From NCBI GenBank assembly GCA_004431415.1, contig QPMI01000622.1, forward strand, positions 62,001-126,000: a DNA stretch of 64,000 nt, in the 5' to 3' direction. A program made the translations under genes and the position numbers. A model generated the notes under the pieces. That model had not been told where the DNA came from and searched no databases. It saw only the letters and a list, made by a program, of their open reading frames with translations. Below are positions 47,097-59,379 of the stretch, piece after piece. Origin of the DNA: Cyanophora paradoxa CCMP329 (taxonomy: Eukaryota; Plantae; Glaucophyta). Position 1 is the first letter of the stretch. Each line of letters opens with the position of its first letter.

Positions 47097-50000
47097 ATGA
47101 ATGATGACCCCGACGACCGAAGACTCGGGGGGCGGCGGCCCTCGCAGCAGGCGATTGCAAGCGCTCAGCTGCAGGAGCCCGACCGTGGGCAGCCGGGAGG
47201 GGCCGACGCGAGTTCTTTCGGCACCCCGAGCGCCCCGGGGCTCGACAGCGTGCACGGGCTCCCCTCGCAGCTGATCATCGGGCTCGACATCGGCTCCCCG
47301 ATCTGCAATGCCTACGGCGGCCTGTCGGGCAGCGACACCGCCTCTCCAGCGGGGGCCGCCCCTTGGGAGGACGCCGGCGGCGAGCGCGGCCGCTCTGTGC
47401 GAGACCGCGCCGCCGCCGGAGACGCGGCGCCCCTGGTGCCGCCCCCGCCTCCTTCCCCTTCCTTTCTCCCGCCTTTTCCCCGCAGCTCACGCCGCGCAGC
47501 TCACCTCCCCGGGGCCCCCCCGGTGGGGGCCTGCGGGGGCGGGGCCGGAGACGCCGCCGGGGGGCGGGGGGCGCGGGGAGCTCGCGTTGGAGCACGCGGA
47601 GGCCATTGACGGCATCGCGCGCGCCGTCTGCGGGCCCCTCTCACGCCTCTACTGTCCGCCCCCGGCCCTCTGCACTCGCGTTTCGCCTCGCCGGCGCTGA
47701 CGCCGGCGCCGGGGCAGACGCGGAGGCGTGGAAGTGGGACGCGGCGGCGCGCCTCTTCCGCTGCGTGCGGACGACGCTCGTGGGGGGCGGGTCGGAGAGC
47801 CCCTCGCAGGCGCTGAGCCGCGTGACGCGCATGGCGGCGCGGGCGGCCGGCGATGCGAGCCCGCGGCTGCAGGGGGCGCCGGGCGAGCGGACGTCGGGGG
47901 GGTCGGAGGACATGGCCGCGGGGAGGCCGGCCGGCACGGGCGGCGGCTCGGGGTCGACGCCGCGGGAGCGGGGCTGGTCTCCGCGGGAGGTGTCGATCGC
48001 GGGGTTCCGGGGGCGGGCGGAGGGCCTGACGGCGGCGATGGGGGAGGACCTCGTCGGCCGCGCCGCCGCTGCCCGGGCCCTCGAGTGGCTCACCGACTGC
48101 TCCCTCTGCCCCCCCGCCACCTTCCGCCGCTCCGGCCCCAACTGCCCCGTCCGCGCCGGCGTCGCCCTCCCCAGTGCGTGCCGGCCTTCCTTTGAATTCC
48201 TTCTAAATTCGAATTGGCGATGGGTGCGCGCGCGGAGCTGATCGCAAGCTGACATGCCCCCTCCGCTTCGCGATCGGTCCCTTCGCGCAGCCTTCCACGC
48301 GCTGCCGCCCTGCGACGTGCGCCCCGCCCGAGCTCCGCCCGCCGCCACGCTCCCTTTCAAAAAAACTAAATTGATATCGATAAAAACCAAAACCGTGCAA
48401 GCTGAGTTGAGCTGAGCATTTCGCGCGCGGGGCGCAGCCGTTCGTGGTGTTCGGTGCGCACGCGGCACGGCCCCGCCCCGCCCGCTCCCTCGCGCTTGCG
48501 GCGGCTCGTTGCGAGGGGCGGCGCAGCGTTCTTCTCGGCGCGGGCGCTGGAGTACGACGGCGTCGTCGCCGAGTTCGTGCGCCTCTCCGCCGCCGCCGGC
48601 CTCTTCCGCCTCGGGGCCCTCTGCCCGCCCCTCCCCCCGGCCCCCGCCCCGCCCCCGTCCTCCGTCCTCTCCATTCTCACCCGCCCCTCCTCCGAGGTGC
48701 GCGCGCGCGCCCCAAAGCGGCCGCGTGCACGCGGGTCGCGGCGCTGAGCAGCGTCGTGCCCGGACGCTCGGTGCAGCGGGACGAGGCGTGGGCGGCCCGG
48801 GCCGAGGCGGCGATCGTGGCGGCGGGCGGCGGCCCCTTCCTTCGCAAGTTCCCCACCCTCCGGTGCCCCCCCGCGCGCCCCCTGAGCGCCAGCGCCGGCT
48901 CTGGCGCCGAGGGGCGCGGCAGGGCGGCGATCGTGCGGCACGCGAGCCTCGCATCCTTCTCCCCCGGCCACCTCCGTGCGCCTCGCCCCCGCCCCCGCCC
49001 CCGCCTTCGCCCCCGGCGCCTCGGCCTCGGCGCCCCGGCGAGCGCGGGAGGGCAGTGTTCGAGCGGGGCGAGGCGGGGACGGAGGCGTACCTCATCGTCC
49101 TCGGCACCGTCGCCTGCCACGACGCCCCCTCCGCCGCCAGCTCCCCCGCCCTCCCCGGCGGGGGCGAGAGCCCGCGCACCCCCAGCTCCGGTGCCCCGCC
49201 CGCCGCCCTGGAAGCGAGAGCGGGGAGGCTGACGCGGGGCGGGCACGGGCAGACGGGTGGACGCTGCGGGCGGGGGACGTGCTCGGCGAGACGGCCCTCC
49301 TCGCCCCCCGCGCCAGGCGGTGCGTCCCCGCCCGCAGCGGCCCTCGCACGCGTCCGGTCGCTGACGGCAGGCCGGGCGGCCCCGGGCCGGCCGCGGGGGC
49401 GGGCAGGCTGGTGAAGGCGGTGTGCCGGGAGGAGGTCCTCGCCGTCGCCGTCGACTTCGCGGGGCAGCTCCTCGAGCCCGGCCCCGCCTCCGCATCCCCC
49501 GCCTCCTCCCAGCCCGCCCCCGCCGCCTTCGGGGCCTCGGCGGCAGCAGCCCCGTCTCCGCCGCGCAGCGCCCCGCGGCCAGGGGCCCGGGCCCCGCCCC
49601 CGGCGTCGAGCTGACGTTCCTCCCGGCCCGGCGCACGGCGGGGCGGATCGGGGGCGGCCCCGTCGGCGGCGACGCGGCACGAGCGCCTCGCCGCCGCCTA
49701 CGCCGCCGTCCTCGCCGCCAGGGGCCCGCCCCCGCCCCGCCCCCGCCCCCGCCCCGCCGCGGCGGGTCCCTCCCCGCGGGGGCTCGCCCTTGGCCTGGAG
49801 GGCTTCCCCGACTACGGCCTCGAGCTCCAGCTCGGGCTCGACGCCGAGCCGCCGGGGCCGCCGAGCGCGTCGGGGGCCGGCGGGGGCGCGGCGCGGCGGC
49901 GGAGCCCGAGCGGGGGGCGCTCGCCGATGATGGACATCTCCCGCCTGCTCTCCCCGAGCCCCTTCGGCCCCGACCTCCTCTCCCCCGCCGCCTTCGCTTT

Positions 50001-51296
50001 CGCCCTCGACGGCCTCGGGCCCTCCGCCCCCTCTTCCGCACCCGCCCCCGCCAGCGCCCCCGCCGGCGTCGCGGGTCTCGCGGCGCTGCAGAGCCCGCGC
50101 ACCGCTGGGGCGCACGTTGTGCCGCAGATGCAGGCGCCGCTGCCGCCGGCGTGGCCCCAGGCCGCCCCGCGCCCGGGCCGCACACGCAGGCGCCGCGGGG
50201 CGGGGAGGGGGCCCCTCCCGCGCCCCTCCTCTACGACTACACGGGCCTCGGCCAGCGGCCGCCCGGCGCTCCGCCCTCGAGCTGCCCCCCGCTCGCCATG
50301 CCGGCTCCCAGCGCGAGGCCGGCCCCCACCGGGGGCGCCGGGACGCCGAGGGAGCTGCCGCGCCTCGTCCCCTCGCCACGGGCGGGGGCCCGCCGGGCCT
50401 CACCTTCAGGAGCCGTGCGCGCGCCGCCCGCCGCCGCCCAGAGACTCCAGAGGCCCCCCGCCCGCCTGACCCCGCGCCCCGCCGGCAGCTCCGGAGCACG
50501 GGCAGGGCGCTAGCACGCCGAGGGAGGGCGCCGCGCCGCCCCCGCCGCCGCCCCGCCGCACTCGGGCGGGGCGAAGCGGAAGCGGAGCGGCATCACCCTG
50601 GAGGCCATCGAGGTGCGCCGGCCCGGGCCCCGCCCCGCCGGCGCCTGTGACGCCGGCGGGGCGGGGGCGGGGCCAGGCGCTGTACCACCTGCCGCTGCAC
50701 CGCGCCGCCGAGCAGATCGGCGTCTCCTCCTCCACCCTCAAGCTCGCCTGCCGCGAGCTCGGCGTCCTCGTGCGCCCGAAGCCCCCCCCCCCCCCCCCCC
50801 CCCCGCCCCCCCCCCACGAACCTCGCCCTCGGGCGCTGAGCGGGGCGGGGCGGGGGCGGCAGACGTGGCCGCACCGGCGGGTGAAGCTGGAGCAGAGCCT
50901 GGCGGCCTCGGTGCACGTGGCGGCCGCCCAGCTGCACGCCGCCTCCCCGGCCGGCTTCCCCCGCCTCCAGCTGCCCCGCCCCCCAGCGGCCCCCGCCCCC
51001 GTCCGCCCCGCCCCGACCGCCACTCCGTCATGCACGCCGCCTTCCCCCCGAGCGTGCCGCCCCGCGCCCGGGCCCGGGCCCGGGGCGGCCCCTCCTCCCC
51101 GGGCCCCGCCGGGGCCGGGCGGAGCGGGGTCCGGGGCGCGCAGGCGCTCAACGCGGAAGCGCTGCGGGCGCTCGAGCGCGCGCTCGCCGGCCCCGGCGCC
51201 CCCGGCCCCGGCGCGGGGCAAGGCCAGACACACTCGTCCCCCCCCGCATCCGCCCCCCGCCGCGAGCAGCCGCGGAGCCGCCCGCCCACGCCTTAG
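47097..51296 (+). CDS. RWP-RK transcription factor with NLP-type GAF-like region and cNMP-binding domain (multi-exon; ends approximate)
   Basis: RWP-RK: ITLEAIE|ALYHLPLHRAAEQIGVSSSTLKLACRELGVL|TWPHRRVK. cNMP-like: FLRKFPTL..VFERGEAGTEAYLIVLGTV..LRAGDVLGETALL. GAF-like: DLVGRAAAARALEWLTD..FRR..VRAGVALP..GVVAEFV. Confidence 0.72.
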
Positions 51297-52251
51297 CCGC
51301 CGATCGTCATCGCGCGCCATACATATGGCCATGCAAATGGTGATGCGTCGGTTTTTCCAGGCCACGGTGGTGCCGGGCTTTTCGGTTTCTTCGAAGCTCT
51401 CGCTTTCACTTATGTTCGCAGTTCGGCAGCACACGTATAGGTTGTGAGAGTCCGTGTTGATCGCTCCTGTAGAGCTCCTCTACTCTCTTAGGCGTTCGAG
51501 CTCTTCTCGAGCTCATGATCATTAATTTGACGATGCTTAGCTTAAGCTTAACTCAGTAAGTCTGAGGTTGATTTGAGAGCGAGCTCTGCTCGTTTTAATT
51601 CAGCTACGAATACAGTTGTACATTTTCTCGGAGTAGTTTTGGGTGGTATCTATATCTCAGTTTGCAATCGGCGGTGCACTGGGAACAGGCCCTGAGGGAA
51701 TACGAACACACTGTGACAGGGGATTACGTGTCAGTGTGCAGGCCTAGGTGGAAGGGAACATGCCTTTGTAAAGCCTTGAAGCTTGAAGCAGGACGTCGAC
51801 GCGTACGTAGACTTGATCGTGATTCAGCTATATATATATGAGGGCGTCGACCTGGAATCCGCGAACCGCCAGCTCTCGAGCTTTATGAATCCATTGTTAA
51901 CCCTCGGAGGTTTGCGTGAGACACGCATCACGGAGATTTGAGTGTTATATTGCGATCTCGTACACCCGACACTAACAGGGGGGGGGCTAGCACTAACCTA
52001 TGCGGGGAGCAACAGTCAGCGTACCCCTCGCGCCTCGCGAACACCAACAAGCACAGCTGCTAACAGACTGCCTTACCCCTCTGGGGCCCCGTGGGGGCTG
52101 ACTCCACTGGGGTGCTAACTAAGTGCTGTACCCCTCTCGGTCGGGCCAGCTTCTGATTCGGCCCAACATTTTCTGAGCCTAGGGCAAAGTGAGCTTAGCT
52201 TGAAGCAGCACTTCAAGTGCGGCAGCGCTAGCCAGCGGCATCATTTGCAAT

Positions 52252-52854
52252 ATGTCTGAATCATTTGATTGGGGTGCAGCTTTTATCTTCGCCCTTCTCC
52301 CAAACGGGGGCTACACGAGCTTCACAGTAGACAAGCGACGGGCACCAGCGCTCTGGATGTACCAATGGCGAGTAGCCTCTGCGGATGGACAGAGCTGGCC
52401 GTACACAGTATCGCCAGACGGGAATGTGGCCTATGCTCATCATTTTCTATTTGGGTACCCCCTCGGCCTGCCCAACGACGACTGGCGCGTCGACAGCATC
52501 AGCGGGTGCAAGCTGGACTTGCGCAGGGAGAATCTACGGCTCATGGACTGTGGAGGTCGGCTTGGGGCGGTTCCTGTGGCAGGCGACAAGCTTCCAAGCA
52601 ACAAAGGCAAGTGTCTGACAAAGAGGAGGAAGCGAGCCTACGAACAGAGCCAAGTCCAAGCAATGATTGACGAGCTGTCTGCAGAATCAAAGGAAAGCCG
52701 CTACTGGCGCGTCTCTTTTCGCCCAGGCCAACCGGCAGTGATAGAGTACGGCCTTGCCGCTCATGATGCGATAGCAAAGGCGCACAAGATAGCTGAAGCG
52801 AAGGATGTGCACTCTGCAAGTCGCCCAGCTGTACATGTTGTGTCCACCTCGTGA
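52252..52854 (+). CDS. HNH homing endonuclease-like protein (degenerate active site)
   Basis: Intronless. YAHHFLFG...RVDSISGCKLDLRRENLRL matches the HNH_3 pattern VDHIxGxKLDNRRENLR with H>S and N>L changes. Confidence 0.72.
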   Translation: MSESFDWGAAFIFALLPNGGYTSFTVDKRRAPALWMYQWRVASADGQSWPYTVSPDGNVAYAHHFLFGYPLGLPNDDWRVDSISGCKLDLRRENLRLMDCGGRLGAVPVAGDKLPSNKGKCLTKRRKRAYEQSQVQAMIDELSAESKESRYWRVSFRPGQPAVIEYGLAAHDAIAKAHKIAEAKDVHSASRPAVHVVSTS

Positions 52855-53041
52855 AAAGTTCTAATAGAAGTTTCCAAGAGGTGGTCACATCCCGCAAGTC
52901 TGCAGAGCTCGAGCTCTTGCCTGTACCCCGGCCCTCTAGATGCCATGATATTGAGTACCCCCTAGCAGGGCTGTGATCACCCAACCCCTCCTGCCCGCCA
53001 GGCCGTCGGTTGTGCTGCACTCGACTTTTTCTGAAGCACTC

Positions 53042-56000
53042 ATGCATATCAACTGCGAAATCAAAACGAACATTATGCACGTCAACTTGCTAGACGAGCT
53101 GCCCTTCGCCGAGGAGGCAGATCTAGATGCCGAGGAAGAGGATCTCTTTGCATGCTTCCCGTTCGTCTCGGTCTCCAAGGCCTGGTCGCCTGCGATGGGG
53201 GTAGTCTACGCTCTAAGCAACGCCCCGGGCGTGAATCCTTGCCAGGTTGCGCCCGGCGAGTCGGCTTGCGATGCCGCGAAGGCTGTCGTGGGCCGGACGG
53301 GGGGCGTCAGCTTCTCCCGCGAGCTGGAGGATGGACAGAGCGTGCACTTCGTTCTGCAGGGCGCCGAGGCCTCCACCATCTTCTCTTGGCTCTTCGGCGG
53401 CCTCGCGCCTGGGTCGGAGCTCCGCCTCTGCATCGAGCCTGACGGGGGGGTAAGCCTGCGCCGAGCTAAAGGGGCTCCCGCTGTGGGCCTGCCTGCGAAC
53501 TTCTTGGAAGATCTGCCCGCGGACTTCTTTGACGACTTGCCCGAAGAAGGGACGGAGGCGGCGGGCCAGCGGAGAGGGACCGATGGAGGGACAGAGGAAC
53601 AAGGCGCCGGTGAGAGGGGTACAGAGCAGGCCGCTGGGGTACAGGTCGCTGGAGACCAGGCGGCCGGCGAGATCCTAGAGCGGGCCCTCGCTCTCCTGCG
53701 GGGCAGCACATCGGTTCGGGGCGAGCTGGAGAGGGCAGGGGATGAGCTCGGAGTGCACCTGCGCCTGGAGCCGTCGAGGGTGCTGCAGGCGCGGACGGAG
53801 CCCGACGGGTCGCTGGCCTTCGAGCTCGAGGTGGAGGCGCGTCCGAACTCCCGCCTGGAGCTCCAGATCTGGAACTTCAGCCTGCAGGCGAGGCTCTCAG
53901 ATGGAGGAGGCGGCGCCAAGACGAAAGCCTACGCAACGGACCTTCGGCGCGGCATCTCCCTCGACACCGCCCTTCCGTCCCTCCTCCTTGCCCTGCGATC
54001 CGTCGGCCATGCCCCATTTGCGGTGAGAGAGGTGGACGAGCGGTACCTGAGCCCGAGCTGCTGGAGTCGACCTTTGGCGAGCTGAGGCCCGATCCCGGGG
54101 CGCTCCGTCGGATCGACGTCATCTGCAGCGGGCTCAACACGGGAAGACGAAGGCGCTGATTGAAGCCTATGTACGGCCGGCGCTCGAGTTGAAGCGCAAA
54201 ATCCTCGTGCTCACCTGCCGTCGGGCCTTCTCTCGCGACCTCAAGCGCCGCCTTGACGAAGCCTCCCTCCCCTCGGTCGCCGTGCTCTACTCGGACGTCT
54301 GGCGCCCCAAGGACCCCCAGAGCGCTCACGGGACGTGGGGCTTCCGCGATCCGAGGATCCAGGTCGTCATCTGCACGATCGATTCGGCTCACAAGGTGCA
54401 GGACGACTGGCAGGGGCTCGAGGACCTGGGCGAGGGCGGCGGCGGGGGCCTCCTGGTCGTGCTCGACGAGCTCTCCTCCCTCATGCGGCACTTCACCTTG
54501 AGCTCGACCTTGGAGCCCGTGGCCGGCGGGCTTGGGGCGCGGAGCCTCCCCCGCAACCTGCGTTGCGCCCGTCTCTGGCGGGGAATCGAGGGCGCACAGG
54601 AAATCGTCGCGCTGGACGGCTACGTGAGGCCCACGGACCTTGCTTTCCTCGGCAAGTCGGCGGCGTCCACAGGGGCTCGGCTCGCCCTCCTCTTCAACCA
54701 CCGGCGGACCTGCGACTGGCGGATACGCCTGTCCGACAGCCCCACCGCCGTCGAGCGTGACCTGATGTCAAGGTGCCGCCCCGGCGGCCTGCGCGCCATG
54801 ATCATCGTCGAGACGACAGGCCGGGCGCAGGCATTGGCAAGCGCACTTAAGAAGCAGGCCACCGAGATCTTGGAGCGAGACCCAGCCTGCGCCCCCGGGC
54901 CCTTCACAATCGGAATCGTCATAGGGCAGGCAAAAGACAAACAGTTTGATTACAGCGACGACGGCAGGGCCCGCGTGAAGAAGCTCGATCTGGCCGAGGA
55001 GGGCGGCTACAAGACCTGCGACGCAGTCATTGCGACGTCGGCCTTGGGGGCGGGCGTGGACTTCTCGGATGCGCACTTCGACAAGATCTACGGAATCTTC
55101 GACGCCAAGATGCCCCTACTGGAGGCCGACGACATCGTACAGCTGCTGTTCCGTGTGAGGCGGCTGCGGGGCCAGGGCGAAGGCACAGGGGTGAAGGGGG
55201 GCGAGCACCTGCTGCTGTCCGTTCGGCGGTGCAGCGTGACGCCCGTTCGCGCCTCGGATGCTGCACGACACTGGCGCGAGTCAGGCGGCGGCCCCGGCGG
55301 CCGCGGCCACCCCACCGAGGCGCCCGCAGTGGAGACGTACCTGGATCTGAAAGCCGAGCACAACGGAGACAGGCGCGCCTCCATGCCCTCCAGGCACCTG
55401 AGCGTCGCCGCCCGGCTCCGCCAGCTCTCCGTCGGCCCGTCCGAGAACCTGTGGACCACGGCGGATCAGGGCAAGCCCTCGGCAAGGAAAGAGCAAGAGC
55501 GACAGAAAATGGAGATCGACTGGGTGCACAAGGCCGCACTGATGGACGTGCCGCAGATCTTGGCCCTTGCCGAGTCCTGGGATGGCTCACTCGAGGCACG
55601 GCGTTCGAGACCGTCCTCTCCCTGGCGAGGCAGTCAATCGCGGATTTCATGGTGCTGGACCCTGCGACGCTCACCGCGGGGGACGTCGAGTGGATGTGGG
55701 AGTCGCGCTACTCTCTTGGCCTCAAGGCGAAGGCGAGCCTGGTGCTCCTGGACGGTCACAGCATCGAAGGAATCGAGCCGTCGAGCGACCGGCTTTACCT
55801 CTCGAAGCTCGTGGCCGTATTCAGGGCGATTGGCTGGACGGGCGAGGGCGACCGAGCAAAGGACGTCCTGTGGGTCGATGAGCTGTGTCGCGGGCTGACG
55901 TCAGAGCAAGGCCGAGCGGCTTACCGCGAGCTGCAGAGTGTGGACCCGAAGTGCCCGCGCTTCGATCCCGCCAAGTACAAGTCGGTAAAGGCCATCGCAA

Positions 56001-56314
56001 TGCAGGCCCGGCGAGTTGCAAGGTACCTGTTCGAGACATGCAGGGGCGTCAGGAAGATCTCAAGCGTGCGTGATGGAGGAGCTATGCAGAACAGAAAGCG
56101 CAAGTACCTTGCATGCGTGGAGGATACGATGAGCGATGTGCTGGGCAGGCAGGCGGGCTCAGCGGCGCAAACGTCAGTCCTTCACTATGCAGACGCGTAC
56201 CGGGTTTTCGTGAAGTGCTACGATCTCGTGCGCCTGCGCTCGGAGGTGGCACTTGGCTCGGAGGTGGCACTTGCTGGCACAGTTAGAACGAGCGCAATGG
56301 AGGTAGGCAAGTGA
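53042..56314 (+). pseudogene. Replication origin-binding protein (UL9-like SF2 helicase), interrupted by 3 single-base frameshifts
   Basis: ERYL..DVICSGLNTG/KTKALI, ILVLTCRRAFS, ICTIDSAHK, VVLDELSSLMRHF, IVALDG, ATSALGAGVDFSDAHFDKIYG, QLLFRVRRL. Shifts at about 54052, 54141 and 55574. Confidence 0.78.
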
Positions 56315-56463
56315 TTAGTGTTCGAGAAACGGTCCAATGTGTACATCTGACAATTAAGACAAGTGAGAACATCTGAACATCTAAACATTTGCTCTGCGAG
56401 TGTGCTGCATTCTGTTACATCTGCACCGTAAGTTACAAGGCGATACAACGAAATTTGCTTGAC

Positions 56464-59379
56464 CTAGGCCGTCGGGATCTTGGCGCCAAAAGCCCGCCAA
56501 ACGCGCCCTGTGTTCCCGCCCCGCTTCCACCAGACAATGCCCGCTGCCTCGTAGGCGCCCTTGATCGCCGTGACGTGGAGTTGAGCACGTACTTCTTTGC
56601 GCGGCGTCGATATCTTATCATTGAAGTAGTTGAACGTACGCAGGTACTGCTTGAAGTGCTCCTGGAGAGCGGGCTGATCTGCCGTGTCACTCGGCTGCCC
56701 TGTGGCACGGTGCGGATCCACTGCGGGCAATTGCAGAACGTTGGAACGTGAACACAGAATGAGCAAAGGCTAAGAACAGCACCTGACTCCAGCAGTGCTC
56801 AATCGATGTGACAGTGCTGTTGCGCTCACTCGCCTGCTGCTGCGTGCTGAGGATCTCGCTGCGACGAAGTGCGATCTCGGGGCAGTAAATGATGGAGGCC
56901 GACGACAAGGGATCGTAGAGCTTCTGGAGGCCGCCACCGTCAATGAAAGTGAGAAGGACGTGACGGCAGCGATCATCTTGGCAAGCGCTACACCCAGGTT
57001 GTAGGGCTGCAGGCAGCTCTCCTTGAAGTTGGTTACGGCTTCGACCTGCGGCCAAGATCTAGATTAGAACACAGAGATCGAAAGATCGGAATCACCGGCT
57101 TGTTGAAGGGAAGGTACAGAAGTCGGCGGCTCATATCGCCCCCGTAGTCCTTGTACAGGTGCTGAGCAGCAAAAACGTGAGCTCAAAGCTCACTCAAGAT
57201 GCCCGTGACGGAAGCACACCTGAGAGAGGCCCGTGGGGTTGCCAGCCGTCCAGACAACGGCCCGCAGGCGGCCTTGAGCGGGGGCTTGTTCTTTGCCTCG
57301 ATGCTGACTGGATCGTGTCCGCTAATCGTCTTGATCTTTGACTGCAGCGACTGGCAGGGCAAGAGGGTGAGCTGAAGAATAATCATTGACTCTGGCGAAC
57401 GGACCTTGAGCTGCGTGGAGTTGCCGACCTCGTGAATGAAGAGGGCAGAGACAGGCTCGTGGCAGTCGTAGATGCAAGAAAGCATGAACTGCGGCGAGGA
57501 GTCCTTCGATGGGGTCTCGCAGGTGATGAGCTTCTCGACGACTGCCTGCAGTGTGCTCTTGCCGGTGTTGCCGAGCCCCTCGAGGTGCACAATCTTTGAA
57601 GGCGCCAAACGTTAGAGAGCTGAATGGGAGGTCGAATAGAGATGAAGTTGAATAGAGCGCAAAGCGCAGGATGTCAGCGCACCGCATCCTGCTCGGGATC
57701 ACTGGCAATGCCGATGCCACACACGCCGTAGAAGAGCACATCATTGATCCCTTGATCTCGGCAGATCTTGTCCAGCGGGCAGTGCGCGGCACAAGCTGTT
57801 GTAGTCGCACTGACGGCCCGTTGCGTCCGCCAAGCAGTTGGGAAAGTAACTGCCCGGGCCGCGCGCGCCTTAGAGAGAAGAGATAAAGGGAAGAGCAGGA
57901 CAGCGATGCAACAGCGTCACCGATAGCCATAGGAGAACGACTCGGGTTCTCCCACGTGGACGGAATCTCCTTGACAGAGGGAGGGTTGCGCCGTTGTAGC
58001 GGTATAGCACTCCGGGGTCGCGGATGTTCACTGCGACGTCGTCGAAGCTGACAATGAGATCGGTGGTCTTGACCTGCTTAACCCAAGCGGGGTCATGCAG
58101 GATGGAGGCGACGATCTTGTCGAGCAGCTCGGCGCGGCTGGAAGCAAACACGTCTGACTTGCTGCGGCTGGATGACATGATGCGGGGCCGCTTGGGCTCC
58201 TGCTCGCGTGCGTCTTCATCCTCCTTGATGGCGAATGCAATCCGGTCGAGAATACGGTTGGCGTACGCTCGGACCGTTGCGTGGCCCTTGAGGCCGTTAA
58301 AGGGCGTGTAGCTGTACGTCGGGCGCCGATCGGATGTGAAAGCAAGTTGCTGGGCGAAAGGAGGGAGCTCGCAGTCAGATGGTATCAAGGAGAACCAGTG
58401 GATTGCAATGAGATCTAGAGCTCACCAACAGCTCGCCCCGGCGGGGGTCAAATGCCATGAACTCGTCGTCCAACTGCTGACGCACTGCTGCCAGGACGCC
58501 AGTCTCGATGGACCCAGCAAGAAGGGCATCCTTGGCCTCCGGTGAAAGTGGCTCGAGGGCGGGGCCTCTGCAATCTTTGAGACTGCACCCTAGGAGAAGG
58601 AGACGAAAATCAGTCGCGAGTGGGTGCAAGTCCAGAGCGGCCGCTTTAGAAGACTGGATGAGAGAAGGAGGCGCGACCTGGGACGAGGTGCCCAGCAAGA
58701 CTGCGGGGTCGAGGCGTGCAGCCCAGTCCATCAGTGCGTGCTCACAGGCCTCCTTGGGCAGACATCTTCGATGCGATACTTCAAAGTCACCCCGTTGGGC
58801 TTGGCGGCGAGGAGGAGAGTGAAGCGCTTCGGCTGGCGGTAGCTGAATCCACGCTGATGACGACTTCGTAGAGCGCTCATTCTCATCTGCGGCACAGGTG
58901 CCAGTGAGATTGAGAGCAAGTTCACGGAAGGAATAATCTAGATAGAGACGAGAAAGACAAAGCTGCGCGCATACCAAGTACATCCATGGTCGTCTTGAAC
59001 TTGAACATTGAGATGCCATGGTCGCCTGGGGCGGCGGACACACTGCCCCTAGTGGACTCGATGGCATGCAAGCGGACGGGCCCGAGGCGAAGTCGCAGGT
59101 GCTGTTCGGACGCGAGAGGTGCATCGTGAGGACCTTCTCCGTCAGGGCGACCGCCTGCTTCAGGCCGTTCACGGCGTACAAGGGCTCCCAAGCCTGCGCA
59201 CGGGCCAGAAGTGAGCCGCCGGCGCATGAATGAAAAGAAGGGAAAAGGGAGAGAAAGAGGGGAAAGCGATCGCGCAGTCTGAAAGTGCGCACGGGCTTGT
59301 CTGAATCCGGCTCATTCGCTGCAGGGGCCGCGGGCTTCCCTGGCAGCGAGGGCTCCGAAGGCGACGGGGACGAGTTCAT
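56464..59379 (-). CDS. D5-like (SF3) primase-helicase, with introns and/or frameshifts (5' end uncertain)
   Basis: DLIVSFDDVAVNI (D5_N-like), PLDKICRDQ..LFYGVCG..DPEQDA|IVHLEGLGNTGKSTL (Walker A), LFIHEVG (Walker B), KTISGHDPVSIEAKNK. Confidence 0.68.
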
